IMG/VR virus record: IMGVR_UViG_3300026473_000477
Span: 1 to 64,000 of that record
DNA from: a virus
Length of the DNA stretch: 64,000 bases
Strand: one strand, 5' to 3'
Positions 48,095 through 58,384 of this stretch are shown in pieces. Both the position numbers and the translations under genes were made by a program. A model generated the notes under the pieces. The model saw only the letters and a program-made list of their open reading frames with translations, made no database searches and was not told the DNA's origin. Positions within the stretch are counted from its first letter, which is position 1. Each line of letters starts with the position of its first letter.

Positions 48095-48308
48095 CAAGTC
48101 TCCAAAGTTTGACAAGTGTTGGGTGGATTTTAATTAAATCTAAAACTCTATAATAATTGCGATGATAACCAAATGAACACTCAATACAGTCGCCAAATCC
48201 AAAATCCACAATGTTATCCGAATATACCTTGAGTATAGGATAGTTACTCATACCTTTGTCTTGGAATAAATCAAGTAAAACAAAATCACCGACTTTAATA
48301 TCGTTCAT
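48081..48308 (-). CDS. KVGD...HPxLVKLWRLD family member
   Basis: Conserved N- and C-terminal motifs. Confidence 0.8.
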   Translation of the reverse strand: MNDIKVGDFVLLDLFQDKGMSNYPILKVYSDNIVDFGFGDCIECSFGYHRNYYRVLDLIKIHPTLVKLWRLDENN

Positions 48309-48513
48309 CCAATCTCCAAAGCTTTACTAATATTGGATGTAATTTTCCAATAATACAATCCTCATAGAAGTCAAGACGTATCCAATATTTAGATCTAAAA
48401 GCATAATCATAACAAAGTAACCTACTATAATATAGGTCTACCTGTATAATCTTATCTATACGTATATCACTATTATTTTTATACATTATAAAATCACCAA
48501 CTTGTATATTCAT
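48295..48513 (-). CDS. KVGD...HPxLVKLWRLD family member
   Basis: Conserved N- and C-terminal motifs. Confidence 0.8.
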   Translation of the reverse strand: MNIQVGDFIMYKNNSDIRIDKIIQVDLYYSRLLCYDYAFRSKYWIRLDFYEDCIIGKLHPILVKLWRLDERY

Positions 48514-49061
48514 TTAATTTGATATCCTTTCTCATTCATTCTATGTACTTCAAACTTAACTTTACCACTATCAACTAACCTTTTAATATTCCTCTGTTTT
48601 TCACTCAACTGGCTATCTCCAGTCTTTACTTCAATGAAAGTTATCTGATCTTCCCCAAAATGCACGTAATCTATCGGGTTAAATAATCCTCTAAGTCCTT
48701 TAGATTCATAAGGAAAATCTCTAAGTAAAGGAGCAACATTTTCAGCAACAAGTCCAACCCTGACTTGTTCTGACCTCTCTTTACTTATTTTTTCAGCTAA
48801 TTTACTTTCAACCTCAGAAAGTCTAGTGGCAAGTTCTCCACGTTGTCTGTCAGCCGTTTGGTAAAATTCGGTTAATGTATAGATCTGAGACTGGAACTGA
48901 GATACAGTAAACTTATAAGTAGCCTCTAATTCATCGAATTTCTGCTTATAATCAACTTTTTCACTAGTACCATTAGATTTATTAGCCTCTTTATTAAACA
49001 GCTTTTTAAGCCATTTTAACACTTGGATAATGTTCTGTAATTTAAACAAAAAGGCTAACAT
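48510..49061 (-). CDS. PD-(D/E)xK endonuclease, Holliday junction resolvase-like (Endonuc_Holl type)
   Basis: GLVAENVAP...PIDYV...FIEVKTGDSQLSEKQRNIK. Confidence 0.8.
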   Translation of the reverse strand: MLAFLFKLQNIIQVLKWLKKLFNKEANKSNGTSEKVDYKQKFDELEATYKFTVSQFQSQIYTLTEFYQTADRQRGELATRLSEVESKLAEKISKERSEQVRVGLVAENVAPLLRDFPYESKGLRGLFNPIDYVHFGEDQITFIEVKTGDSQLSEKQRNIKRLVDSGKVKFEVHRMNEKGYQIK

Positions 49062-49069
49062 TTAATTTC

Positions 49070-49468
49070 CTATTCGTAAGGGATGATTAGTTCGTATCTA
49101 CTTTTACTAAAGAATCTAAGAGTAAGTCCATCTTCTCTGTCTACATTATTAGAATTGATAACGAAGAAATTATAAGAAAACTCAGAGGATATAGTTAACT
49201 CGAGAAGTTCGCCAGTAGTCTTATCCACATAAATACCATCAACAAAAGAATTCTCTCCAGAGCCTAAATCTAAACTAAAATCTCTACCAAGTAGAGTAAG
49301 GGTAACTGTAACTTGTCTATATAATGGATGTTTAAATACGCTTAAATTAAGCTTTTCATTATGCTTAATCTCTATAAGAAGGTTTGATAGTCCTTTCTCT
49401 ACTGTTTTTACCAGCTTGGTAATATTCTTCCGTAGTTCTTTTACTTTTAACTGTAGTTTCTGATACAT
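49070..49468 (-). CDS. Hypothetical protein
   Basis: SD AGGAG. Confidence 0.7.
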   Translation of the reverse strand: MYQKLQLKVKELRKNITKLVKTVEKGLSNLLIEIKHNEKLNLSVFKHPLYRQVTVTLTLLGRDFSLDLGSGENSFVDGIYVDKTTGELLELTISSEFSYNFFVINSNNVDREDGLTLRFFSKSRYELIIPYE

Positions 49469-49509
49469 AAATTGCTCCTATTAATGCTATAAATATTGGT
49501 AAAACCATA

Positions 49510-49698
49510 TTATAACTTTCTGGTTAAGTATTTGTAAACAGCCATTCCAATAAAGAATAAGGCTAAGTAATGGTTAGCATAGGCTAGAGAAGCTCCAAGT
49601 AAGTAAGTTACCAGAGCTAGTGGTAAGAATATCAACTCTGGGAAGAATAGACTTAAAATTGCCAGTATAGAATAGATAATAACAGATTTCATATACAC
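49510..49698 (-). CDS. Small membrane protein
   Basis: Almost entirely hydrophobic; SD GAGG. Confidence 0.6.
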   Translation of the reverse strand: MYMKSVIIYSILAILSLFFPELIFLPLALVTYLLGASLAYANHYLALFFIGMAVYKYLTRKL

Positions 49699-49831
49699 CT
49701 CATTATTCTATATACTACACCATCAATCTTGATTTGTCCAGTCTTTTTTATGGAATCTATTGAAACAAATTTAGTAGATATCAAAATAGTCATAGCTATA
49801 AACATTGCCAGTAGTCCAAATATGAAATCTT

Positions 49832-50131
49832 TCATTCTTCACCTTTTAGTGTAATTTGACCTAGATAGGTTGTTTTTCTATTATTTTCTTTGTCGAATTG
49901 TTTCATGGCTTTGATTACTTCTTTGTGAGTCATTCCATTTTCGTAAAAGCAAGAAACGCTCGTCCATTTATGGTCGCACATATAGGGACTATCTGAATAA
50001 ACACATTCACCATCAGGATAAATTACTCTTATACGATATGACCATCTGGTACAAAAATGATGATCCTTGTCTTCACTTCTATCAATACTCGCCCAGAATG
50101 TAGGGTTATTGTAATTAATCTTTTTTGTCAT
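49832..50131 (-). CDS. Hypothetical protein
   Basis: Overlap-coupled ORF. Confidence 0.6.
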   Translation of the reverse strand: MTKKINYNNPTFWASIDRSEDKDHHFCTRWSYRIRVIYPDGECVYSDSPYMCDHKWTSVSCFYENGMTHKEVIKAMKQFDKENNRKTTYLGQITLKGEE

Positions 50132-50438
50132 AAAGTTCCTTAGAAGATTCGTACCAAAAAGCTGTATATCTTAATCCTGAATGATGATACGGACGCACCT
50201 GATAAACTTGATTGCTCACGTATCTTTCAAGCCATACCCACTGATCTTTTATTAAAACAGGAACTAAAGCAAACTTAACTATAGATCTTTTTTCATTCAA
50301 CCTAGGTGTGTTGTTTTTCCATTTCATTTTTTCCTCACAGTCATACCAAACACAATAAAGAATACAATAATGTAAATCATTTGTCAACCTTTTTCTTAAA
50401 TCCCCTATCATCGGCATATTCTTTGTTTTCTCTGTCAT
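50115..50438 (-). CDS. Hypothetical protein (true start probably later)
   Basis: KFALVPV...WVWLERY motif; 5' part overlaps upstream gene. Confidence 0.5.
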   Translation of the reverse strand: MTEKTKNMPMIGDLRKRLTNDLHYCILYCVWYDCEEKMKWKNNTPRLNEKRSIVKFALVPVLIKDQWVWLERYVSNQVYQVRPYHHSGLRYTAFWYESSKELYDKKD

Positions 50439-50898
50439 GATACATTAAAAACATAATATTAGTTGCGCAATGAGCTAAATGTGAACATCCAGTTTCTTTG
50501 TCGATATCTTCTCCAGATTGGAAAGCGAGTAAATGTCGCATTAAGCTTTCGTAAGGTGTTGAAAACTTTGTAGGTTTTTGCCAGTTATAATGTTCATATT
50601 TAACCCTAGACTTGGTTAATACTTCTCCCAAAGCTAAAATGAAATTTGGATCAATCTCTCTTGTCTGGATTTTTCCAGCATTGTATCTTTTAGACTCGCC
50701 ATCATTTTGAGTTGTTTGTGGCTCTTTTACTACAAGATTAATTGACTCAGACTCTTCAAACTCATCAACTGGAGCAGTTAAATTAAACGCACCATTATCT
50801 CCAGATTGTAAATAAACCTTACATGATTTATCATCAATTGTTATAACTCTTCCTAGCTTTCTTGATAATTTATGGATTACAATATCGCCAACTTTCAC
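50377..50898 (-). CDS. dATP/dGTP diphosphohydrolase (DUF5664-like) with N-terminal KVGD-type domain
   Basis: RYNAGK...KY...NWQK...SLMRHL...GEDIDKETGCSHLAH; GTG 50898 after SD GGAGG. Confidence 0.82.
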   Translation of the reverse strand: MKVGDIVIHKLSRKLGRVITIDDKSCKVYLQSGDNGAFNLTAPVDEFEESESINLVVKEPQTTQNDGESKRYNAGKIQTREIDPNFILALGEVLTKSRVKYEHYNWQKPTKFSTPYESLMRHLLAFQSGEDIDKETGCSHLAHCATNIMFLMYHDRENKEYADDRGFKKKVDK

Positions 50899-50939
50899 GA
50901 AACCTCCCAATGATGGTAACAAGAGAATTATACCACAGA

Positions 50940-51356
50940 TTAGTAAAATCTTCCATTCTTATTTTCATGTTCTTCTGAAACATAGAAGTCACTTTTAAGC
51001 TGAACCATAAAAACTTGAAGAATAACACATTCCAAATGTTTATGATCTGGAGTGTGATCCCAATGCTCCAAGTGTGCTAACTCATGAGCTAAAGTCGATA
51101 ATAAATCAATAGTGGAGTATTTTTTAATCTTTTTAGGATTATTCCTATCTCTATAAGAAGTATATAGACAAATTCTTTCTGGCTTATTATCATAATAGAC
51201 AATAGAACCTTGAAAATGCTGACCAAAGTTAGGATTAGCTTTCTTAGATGTTATCTTATTAATATTCTTAACTTTTGGAACTAAATGAGCAATGGAAGAA
51301 ACATAATCCCTCATCCACTCCAAGTCCTTTGTAAACTGTATTTTCTTTTTTGGCAT
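50940..51356 (-). CDS. Zn metallopeptidase (WLM/SprT-like)
   Basis: TLAHELAHLEHWDHTPDH. Confidence 0.75.
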   Translation of the reverse strand: MPKKKIQFTKDLEWMRDYVSSIAHLVPKVKNINKITSKKANPNFGQHFQGSIVYYDNKPERICLYTSYRDRNNPKKIKKYSTIDLLSTLAHELAHLEHWDHTPDHKHLECVILQVFMVQLKSDFYVSEEHENKNGRFY

Positions 51357-51362
51357 AATTCC

Positions 51363-51617
51363 TCAGTTAAGCTTATCTTTATCCAAATAATCCTCAGTTT
51401 CCCATTCTCTAACAGAAATGAAGTCATCTTCTGATATATCATATCCAGTGAGAGAAAGTTCCAGTAATTCTTCTTTGGAAACATTACGCTGAATCTCTGG
51501 CGCACCAAAGCCTAAATCCATAATCTTTTCTAAGATCACTTTAGCTTTCTCATGGTTAGGACTAATGTCAGATTCCAACACTTCCCAAATTTCTCTAATT
51601 GCTTCAGACTTTTTCAT
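51363..51617 (-). CDS. Hypothetical acidic protein
   Basis: ORF in operon. Confidence 0.6.
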   Translation of the reverse strand: MKKSEAIREIWEVLESDISPNHEKAKVILEKIMDLGFGAPEIQRNVSKEELLELSLTGYDISEDDFISVREWETEDYLDKDKLN

Positions 51618-51630
51618 TAGTAGCCTTTTA

Positions 51631-52452
51631 TTATTTGCTAATAGCTTTATTATACGCTTTAACTGCCAATGCTACTGTATTTGACTTATCGTATTTAGCC
51701 AACTTTAAGAACAATTCTTCCAAGCTTAAAACATCATATTTGTTATACTTTTCCATTGATTTCCAAGCTTTCATATTACCTTTAAGACATTCATCCCAAA
51801 GTTTAAAACCAGAGAAGTCAGAATGTTCTTGCTTCTTATATTTAGTGCAAAGCTTTTTAGTCATGTACTCTAACTTATTGGAAGTAAATCCAAAATGTTT
51901 CTTAGCAATTCTCAAGGTGTCAATGTTTTTGTAATGTGTTGGAGCATCTAATCCATGCTCAATAAGTCTGGCATTGATTTTTTTCATGTCAAATGATATG
52001 CCGTTTTGCGTAATAACAATATCAGCTTTATCCAATAGTTTTTTAATCTTTACCAATAGTGGCTTATCATTATGTAATGACTTTCCTTTCTTATTCCTTT
52101 GGTCGGCATAGATTACTTCAGATTCACTACTTCCAAGCCATTTAGCTGAAAATGATAGAATAAACCAATCTTTAATTAGCATATTAAGTGGGATGTTTTG
52201 GTCAAACAATCCCCATACAAAACCAACCAAAGGGGATGTTTCGATATCTAAAATCAATACGTTAGGAGTATATTCTTCAGAATCAGAACAATAAGCTTGA
52301 ATACAATGTTTGATTGAATCAGGAGTTCTATGTAAGTTAAACTTTTGCCTAAACATTTTGCTAATCTCTGTTCGAGAATAACCTTGGCTATTCAACTTCC
52401 TTACATAATTTATCTGTTTTTTATCCCAAGTAATTTTCATTAAAATCTCCAA
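51631..52452 (-). CDS. DEDD 3'-5' exonuclease (RNase H-like) with N-terminal HTH
   Basis: LDIET, QNGISFD, IDTL, SNKLEY, YNKYDV. Confidence 0.88.
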   Translation of the reverse strand: MEILMKITWDKKQINYVRKLNSQGYSRTEISKMFRQKFNLHRTPDSIKHCIQAYCSDSEEYTPNVLILDIETSPLVGFVWGLFDQNIPLNMLIKDWFILSFSAKWLGSSESEVIYADQRNKKGKSLHNDKPLLVKIKKLLDKADIVITQNGISFDMKKINARLIEHGLDAPTHYKNIDTLRIAKKHFGFTSNKLEYMTKKLCTKYKKQEHSDFSGFKLWDECLKGNMKAWKSMEKYNKYDVLSLEELFLKLAKYDKSNTVALAVKAYNKAISK

Positions 52453-52477
52453 TAGTTATTATTATATAACTCATATT

Positions 52478-52759
52478 TTATTTAGTCAAGAAGAATTTAT
52501 AAAGTTTCTGCATATTTGGACTTAGTAGCTCTAAATCTTCTTCAGCCACAACTTCCCACTCATCAAAAGTCTTATTAAAGTTACAGATTAAGTATGCGAT
52601 ATTTTTAGGATTATAAACAATTATATCAATAATTCGGTAATTAACTCCACGAAATTTAACAATATCTCCAATATTATACATTGGACCAGGATGGATAAAA
52701 AATGATAACTTAAATAACGCTTTGGAAGTAAATCTGAGGATTGATTTAATAATTGACAT
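52478..52759 (-). CDS. Divergent KVGD-type small protein
   Basis: YNIGDIVKF...SPNMQKLYK. Confidence 0.6.
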   Translation of the reverse strand: MSIIKSILRFTSKALFKLSFFIHPGPMYNIGDIVKFRGVNYRIIDIIVYNPKNIAYLICNFNKTFDEWEVVAEEDLELLSPNMQKLYKFFLTK

Positions 52760-52860
52760 TAATTACTCTTTATTAAAATGACAGTAACAATAATCTGTAC
52801 TATTGAAATTACACATTGGATAATTTGCCAGAAGACTCGCTTCTTTTCATAATCAGTCAT
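52759..52860 (-). CDS. Small TM peptide (33 aa), not in ORF track
   Basis: MTDYEKKRVFWQIIQCVISIVQIIVTVILIKSN, starts in upstream WRLD motif, TAATG-coupled downstream. Confidence 0.55.
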   Translation of the reverse strand: MTDYEKKRVFWQIIQCVISIVQIIVTVILIKSN

Positions 52861-53086
52861 CAAGTCTCCAAAGTTTGACAAGCGTTGGATGTAATATAGT
52901 GTATGAGCTGTTGTTACCTGTTAGTATATCTAAAGATAAATATTCAGAACCTCTTATCCATTCGCTACCTCTAATATGTTTGCAACTAAAATAAAAATAA
53001 TTAGAAGTAAGTTTCGTAATCCTATAAAATACTAAAATATCATTAACACCATTATAAAAGAATATATCACCAACTTTAGGCTTCAT
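52853..53086 (-). CDS. KVGD...HPxLVKLWRLD family member
   Basis: Conserved motifs. Confidence 0.8.
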   Translation of the reverse strand: MKPKVGDIFFYNGVNDILVFYRITKLTSNYFYFSCKHIRGSEWIRGSEYLSLDILTGNNSSYTILHPTLVKLWRLDD

Positions 53087-53282
53087 CCAACCTCCAAAGT
53101 TTGACCAATATCGGATGGATTTTGGTATATTGACTAGGTAGAGGAATAAAAATTGCTCCCATATTCTGGTAATTATTTATTATTCTATATGTAGCTAAAT
53201 TACCAGAAATATCTACAATTTTTTCTATCTTAATAATATCTCCATTCTGGTAAATATAATACTCTCCAACTTCAGGTATCAT
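53076..53282 (-). CDS. KVGD...HPxLVKLWRLD family member
   Basis: Conserved motifs. Confidence 0.8.
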   Translation of the reverse strand: MIPEVGEYYIYQNGDIIKIEKIVDISGNLATYRIINNYQNMGAIFIPLPSQYTKIHPILVKLWRLDEA

Positions 53283-53692
53283 GGTAGAAAAAACCTTTTG
53301 CCAGATTTAGGAGCTACAATTTGGCAATGTGTCCAAGTTTCTGTAGCAGAAAAGTCCTCAAACCATAAGCCAATTTCTTCCATTAGTTTAACATTAGCTT
53401 TTATCCAATCATGCAAGTCTTTTACAGGCTTTCCAATTGGGACGATATCGCAAGCTTCACATGACAAATGCTTGCTTTTCATGGGAATTTTCGACTTGTC
53501 TGTTATACCTTTGTCGGCATAAATCTGCAAGTGATGATTCATTGTACGAACACCAGATGTAACTTTTAAAGGCTTACCATAAGCATTTCTGAGCTTATTA
53601 ATGCGTTCCAATAGAATCTCTAAATTGGCAAGCTGTTCTGGAGTTAAGTCAGATTCTAAATTTCCTGACAATAATTCTTGTTTAGTAATCAT
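53279..53692 (-). CDS. Peptidase M15 family endolysin candidate
   Basis: LRNAYGKPLKVTSGVR...SKHLSCEACDI...WTHCQ. Confidence 0.85.
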   Translation of the reverse strand: MITKQELLSGNLESDLTPEQLANLEILLERINKLRNAYGKPLKVTSGVRTMNHHLQIYADKGITDKSKIPMKSKHLSCEACDIVPIGKPVKDLHDWIKANVKLMEEIGLWFEDFSATETWTHCQIVAPKSGKRFFLP

Positions 53693-53693
53693 A

Positions 53694-53933
53694 TTATTTC
53701 CTTCTCATATAAGAAAAATCAAAAGCATTCTTTACTTTATCTATTATTGGTGAATTTTTCGACAACGATACGTAACCATATTCAGCTTGAAAAGCTGCTA
53801 TTGCTAGTTGATTAAAAAACATATTTGGATGATTTTGCTCCAAATGCTTAGTATATTTACTTGGTAAAATCACCACTCTCAAGTTGAATATTTTAAAGAA
53901 TCTATAAATAAAGGAGTAGATATGTAACATCAA
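53694..53933 (-). CDS. Hypothetical protein
   Basis: SD AAGGAG. Confidence 0.6.
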   Translation of the reverse strand: MMLHIYSFIYRFFKIFNLRVVILPSKYTKHLEQNHPNMFFNQLAIAAFQAEYGYVSLSKNSPIIDKVKNAFDFSYMRRK

Positions 53934-54045
53934 GCTCTCCTTATAGCCAATGCTGAAAGCAACAAAATGCTACCAATAGTTGGAAATCCTGACAACCCAA
54001 TAACTGCTCCTAGTCCTAATAATAACAGCTTAATTTCCAGTTTAT

Positions 54046-54252
54046 TCATTTTAATTTTCCGTTCCTAAGTTCTTCTATAGAGCAAAAAATACTCTCTAAT
54101 TCCGATGAAATAGTACCTTTGTTCTTGGATAGATCTAATAATAACAAATCTGCTATAATACGTGTAGAAGTATCAGTACGAGTTTGTAAAATTTTTATAC
54201 AACCTTCTACTATCTTTTCTTGTTTTATTTTATCTTTTTTCATTAATTTCAA
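54046..54252 (-). CDS. Hypothetical protein
   Basis: Overlap-coupled ORF. Confidence 0.55.
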   Translation of the reverse strand: MKLMKKDKIKQEKIVEGCIKILQTRTDTSTRIIADLLLLDLSKNKGTISSELESIFCSIEELRNGKLK

Positions 54253-54523
54253 TCTCCCTTATTCTATAGTATGTAATTAATTTATCCAATCTCTCTTCTT
54301 CATATACACTTAGTCCTTTAACTTTACAATTTGGATAAATACTAGCATCATATCTTGTGTAAACCATTTCTCCTAATTCTCCACATTTAGCAGCAAATGA
54401 TAATTTACTATAAGCAGAATATGTAAACATAGATAGTAATATAATAAGTATAGAAAGAATTATGTTTATAAAAAAGTGATCACAACTATCACAACTATTA
54501 AATTTATTAGTATTTTCACTCAT
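54230..54523 (-). CDS. Single-TM protein
   Basis: Hydrophobic helix, SD GAGG. Confidence 0.6.
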   Translation of the reverse strand: MSENTNKFNSCDSCDHFFINIILSILIILLSMFTYSAYSKLSFAAKCGELGEMVYTRYDASIYPNCKVKGLSVYEEERLDKLITYYRIREIEINEKR

Positions 54524-54684
54524 CCTCTTCTCCTTGTACTACAATATCACCATTAATAATATATCCACTGGCTAATAAAAAGCATTTAAAGTCTTCCAAT
54601 ATTTCAGGCAAGGTTAGGTTATGAGTAGTAAACTCAACTTCTGTCTGATCGTATTGATTGGATGGGTCCATGATTTTGGTAAAT

Positions 54685-55152
54685 TTAAGCATTCTTTTTC
54701 CTTAGTATCGCTAATTCTTTTCTCATTTCCTCTAATTTTAATTTTATCTCTTCCTTGGTAGGTTCTTTACAAAACAAATCCTTCATTACATTATAAAACT
54801 CACCCTTTGTATAACTTAAGTATTTGGTTTTCTTATCCATATCTTCTGTGATGATATAAGTTCTTACATAAGTAAAAACTCTCGTAGCACTAAGCATTGT
54901 ACGGTATTTTTTATATGGGACTATTCCAGCTTTCATTTTAGCCCATGGTTTTAACCAAACAGCAAGTTCAATTCTTTCTAGTAAATTATAGCCATGATCT
55001 TTTGCTCTTTGATTTATACTTCTCCAATCAGTTAAAATATCTTCACTGGTAAATTGACCAAAACCGCAGATCTCAATAATCTCCTTACCATCCTCATCTG
55101 GAAATGTTTCAAATATGTACCAGCAAGAATTTGACCACCTACACAAAGACAT
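54685..55152 (-). CDS. Hypothetical protein
   Basis: MSLCRWS...WYIF start, TAATG coupling. Confidence 0.65.
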   Translation of the reverse strand: MSLCRWSNSCWYIFETFPDEDGKEIIEICGFGQFTSEDILTDWRSINQRAKDHGYNLLERIELAVWLKPWAKMKAGIVPYKKYRTMLSATRVFTYVRTYIITEDMDKKTKYLSYTKGEFYNVMKDLFCKEPTKEEIKLKLEEMRKELAILRKKNA

Positions 55153-55457
55153 TACTCTACCTTTTCCTTAAAGCAAATATACTTATCAAACTTATAAATA
55201 TCAACATGCTCTTTTCCAATTTTATCACAATTTTTCTTATCTGTAAAGTGATAAGCGTATTCTATTGGAGCAGAGTCAATATATAAGTAAAGTACCCAGT
55301 ATATCACTCAAAATCCTGCATATTTCTAATCATTGCATCAATTGTGCTGATCTGAGCTTGGAAAGATAACCGCTGATCTCCAGTCAGATTATCACAGCTT
55401 ACGTAAAATAAGCAGTTTAGTTCATGTCTAAGGTTACGTAATTGTGTTAGCGTCATT

Positions 55458-57167
55458 TTATCCCTCACAACTTGCACATTGGTCTTTAGTAAAATCGCTT
55501 ACTGTACCTTTCAATACAGTCTCGCTTCTCAGATAGTATAACCCTTTTAATCCTTTTTGCCAAGCCTCTAAATGAACTTCATTAATATATTTTGCAGAAC
55601 TTCCAGATGTAAAGAATAAATTAACACTTTGGCTCTGGTCAATAAACTTCTGTCTTTGGGAAGCTTGGTTAATAATAGCGAACTGGTTGATTTCTCTAGC
55701 AGTCTTAAAGATTTCTTTCTCTTCATCAGAAAGGAAGTTTAATGACTGAACCGAACCTTGAGCTTTAATAATGCTATCCCAGACTTCAGGAGTATTCTTT
55801 CCTTTGACTGCTAACAATACTTCCAAGTTTTTATTCTTTCTAATAAACACACCCTTAGCCCCTTTTAAAGCATAAGCATTGGAAGTTAAAGGCTCAATAG
55901 AAGCCGAATCTCCTCCACAGATAGAAGCATTGCTTACAGTTGGAGCTAACGCCATTGTATGAGTATTTCTCATTCCAAATCCTTTACACCACTCAGGCTC
56001 TCCAAATTCCTTAGCCATGTTTCTACTGGCTTTGTGCGACTCTTCTTTAATGAAAGAGAAGATCTTAGCATTTAACATCATCGACTGGAAAGAGTCAAAA
56101 GGAAGCATTTTTGATTGAAGTAAACTATGCCACCCCATAACTCCAAGTCCAAGCATTCGAGATTTTTTAGCAAATCTAATTGCAGCCTCGTAACCTTCAA
56201 TTCCGTCAGCTTTATCAATGAACTCTTGCAACACACCATCAAGAAACCAAGTGGCAAGTTCTGGCAAAGTCATACCATTGGAGAAGACGTAATTTGACCA
56301 CTCGTCCCATTTAGCAAGAGCTAAGGATGACAAGCAACAAACAAATGTATGATCTTTGTCAGTGTAAGCTACAATCTCATTACAAATATTACTAGTCTTT
56401 ACCAATAGGTTGTGAAATTTATAGCATTCTGGATTCTGATTATTTACGTTATCAGTAAATAAAAGGTAAGGCTCGCCTAACTCTACTCTGGCTTGGAGAA
56501 TCTTTTTCCAACGCTCTCTTGCCACTGGATCACCTCCAATGATAGATTGCATATCATTATCAGTCAGAGTAACAGCATTGTGTACGTTATGAACTCGTCT
56601 ATTAATATCTCCAGTAGCTTTTCTGATATCAATAAATTCATCAATGTCGCCATGAGAAAACGGTAAATAGAGAGCTGAAGCTCCTCGTCTAGTTGAACCT
56701 TGACTTACTGCCAGTGTTGTAGCATCAATACATTTAGCCCATGGAACAATTCCCTCAGACTTACCATTACCAGAGATTTTAGCTCCTCTAGCTCTGATAT
56801 CTCCAATGTAAACTCCAACTCCTCCTCCACCTTTTGAAAGCATGGCAAGTTCGTGTTGCTTTTTGAAAATACCAGAAATTGAATCTTCCAAGTGATTAGA
56901 AAAGCAAGAGATTGGAAATCCTCGACTAGTTCCCATATTTGATAATACTGGAGATGCTCCACCAAGCCAGCCTTTCCAAAACATCTCAAAGAATAGAGGT
57001 GCTAACTCAGGCTTTTTAAGTCTATTGGCAGAGGAAGTGGAAACTCTAGTCCACATGTCTCTCGGAGATTCTCCATCTTGGAAATAACCATTACTTAGTA
57101 TAGAGTAACTTTCTTGATTCATCCATTCAGGTGCTAAGTCTTTTTCTTTCAGTTCATCTAATGTCAT
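55458..57167 (-). CDS. nrdA: Class I ribonucleotide reductase alpha subunit (short, no ATP cone)
   Basis: ASPVLSN, PISCF, GGGVG, QGSTRRGA, SNICNEI, LAPTVS, DQSQS, LYYLR, C-terminal CASCEG; ATG 57167 after SD GGGAG. Confidence 0.95.
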   Translation of the reverse strand: MTLDELKEKDLAPEWMNQESYSILSNGYFQDGESPRDMWTRVSTSSANRLKKPELAPLFFEMFWKGWLGGASPVLSNMGTSRGFPISCFSNHLEDSISGIFKKQHELAMLSKGGGGVGVYIGDIRARGAKISGNGKSEGIVPWAKCIDATTLAVSQGSTRRGASALYLPFSHGDIDEFIDIRKATGDINRRVHNVHNAVTLTDNDMQSIIGGDPVARERWKKILQARVELGEPYLLFTDNVNNQNPECYKFHNLLVKTSNICNEIVAYTDKDHTFVCCLSSLALAKWDEWSNYVFSNGMTLPELATWFLDGVLQEFIDKADGIEGYEAAIRFAKKSRMLGLGVMGWHSLLQSKMLPFDSFQSMMLNAKIFSFIKEESHKASRNMAKEFGEPEWCKGFGMRNTHTMALAPTVSNASICGGDSASIEPLTSNAYALKGAKGVFIRKNKNLEVLLAVKGKNTPEVWDSIIKAQGSVQSLNFLSDEEKEIFKTAREINQFAIINQASQRQKFIDQSQSVNLFFTSGSSAKYINEVHLEAWQKGLKGLYYLRSETVLKGTVSDFTKDQCASCEG

Positions 57168-57169
57168 TG

Positions 57170-58132
57170 TTACTCCCACAATTTATCCCAATTGATATTA
57201 CCTTTTGAATATGATACCTCTCTACCAGCAAAGAAGTCCTGTTGAGTCGATCCCTCAGTCATAACAGTAAACCATTGTAAACCTTCCAATGCCTCTTTGT
57301 CAAGGTTTTTCCAGTTGGACTTTAATCCAAGCTCCTGAAGCTTTAAATTGGCTCTATTGCGAATAAACGTCTTCATTTGATGTAACGTCAATCCTTCGAC
57401 ATCTCCATCTTTAAAGGCATTTTCCAAGAAAGCATCTTCCAGTTCAATTGTTAGTCTAGCAGCTTCGTAAATGTCTTTTTTAAAATCATCAGTAAATATT
57501 TCAGGATTCTCCTTAATAATTACCCTAAAAAGCTCACATCCAGCTTTTGAATGTAAATCTTCATCCAAGCAAGACCAAGCAATAATTTGTCCCATTCCTT
57601 TCATTTTGTTAAATCTGCTGAAATTTAAAAGTACAGCAAAGCTTGAAAATAAAGCAACACCTTCATTAAAAGCTGAGAAGATTGCAATAGCTTTAGCTGT
57701 TTCTGCCACAGTCTTAGCTTTGACGTTCATTAGCCTATCAATCTTGGATTTTACTGTTGGCTCATGTAGAAATGCTTGATAGTCGTCTAGTCCCAAGGAT
57801 TGATCCAAGTAGCTATAACCATTGGCGTGAATTGCTTCAAATGATGCGAAAGTCGCAAACATCATTTGTAATTCAGGCTTTTTAACTTGCTTCAAAAGTC
57901 TTCCAGACCAGAAATCATTTCCAATGAATACTTCAGTTTGAGTGAAGCCTTTTAGAATGGAGCCAATTAAATGTTTTTCTTTTTCTGACAAATTTAATTT
58001 CCAGTCATTGATATCCGATGCCATCGAGACTTCTGTATGTATCCAGTGGGCTTGATTAGCCTTCATCCAATATTCATGGAATTGAGGATATTCAAACGGC
58101 ATAAACGCTGCTCTAGGTTTAAAGATTGACAC
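57170..58132 (-). CDS. nrdB: Ribonucleotide reductase beta subunit
   Basis: PFEYP, FEAIHANGYS, EGVALFSSF, DEDLH, DFF...Y. Confidence 0.95.
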   Translation of the reverse strand: MSIFKPRAAFMPFEYPQFHEYWMKANQAHWIHTEVSMASDINDWKLNLSEKEKHLIGSILKGFTQTEVFIGNDFWSGRLLKQVKKPELQMMFATFASFEAIHANGYSYLDQSLGLDDYQAFLHEPTVKSKIDRLMNVKAKTVAETAKAIAIFSAFNEGVALFSSFAVLLNFSRFNKMKGMGQIIAWSCLDEDLHSKAGCELFRVIIKENPEIFTDDFKKDIYEAARLTIELEDAFLENAFKDGDVEGLTLHQMKTFIRNRANLKLQELGLKSNWKNLDKEALEGLQWFTVMTEGSTQQDFFAGREVSYSKGNINWDKLWE

Positions 58133-58171
58133 ATTCCTCCTTTTATGTTTTTGGGATAAACTATTATACCA

Positions 58172-58384
58172 TTATTTAAATAATTGTGCAAGAATATTAG
58201 GACATTTTATTAAAGATTTCTTTGGATAAATTACAAACCGATCTTCTCTTTCAATGTAAATTTCCAACATTTCTGTACTTGGAAATTCAAAGAATGTAAA
58301 AGATATATTAATAACTTGACCAACTTTATAACAGTCTTTATGGAAAATAAAAACATAATCTCCAATAGTTATATTACTCGACAT
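58172..58384 (-). CDS. Divergent KVGD-type small protein
   Basis: ITIGDYV...PNILAQLFK. Confidence 0.6.
   Translation of the reverse strand: MSSNITIGDYVFIFHKDCYKVGQVINISFTFFEFPSTEMLEIYIEREDRFVIYPKKSLIKCPNILAQLFK

Noticed and set aside
55152-55457. Apparent intergenic gap downstream of nrdA as an RNA gene
   Set aside because: Filled by two coupled ~50-aa minus-strand ORFs below the track cutoff
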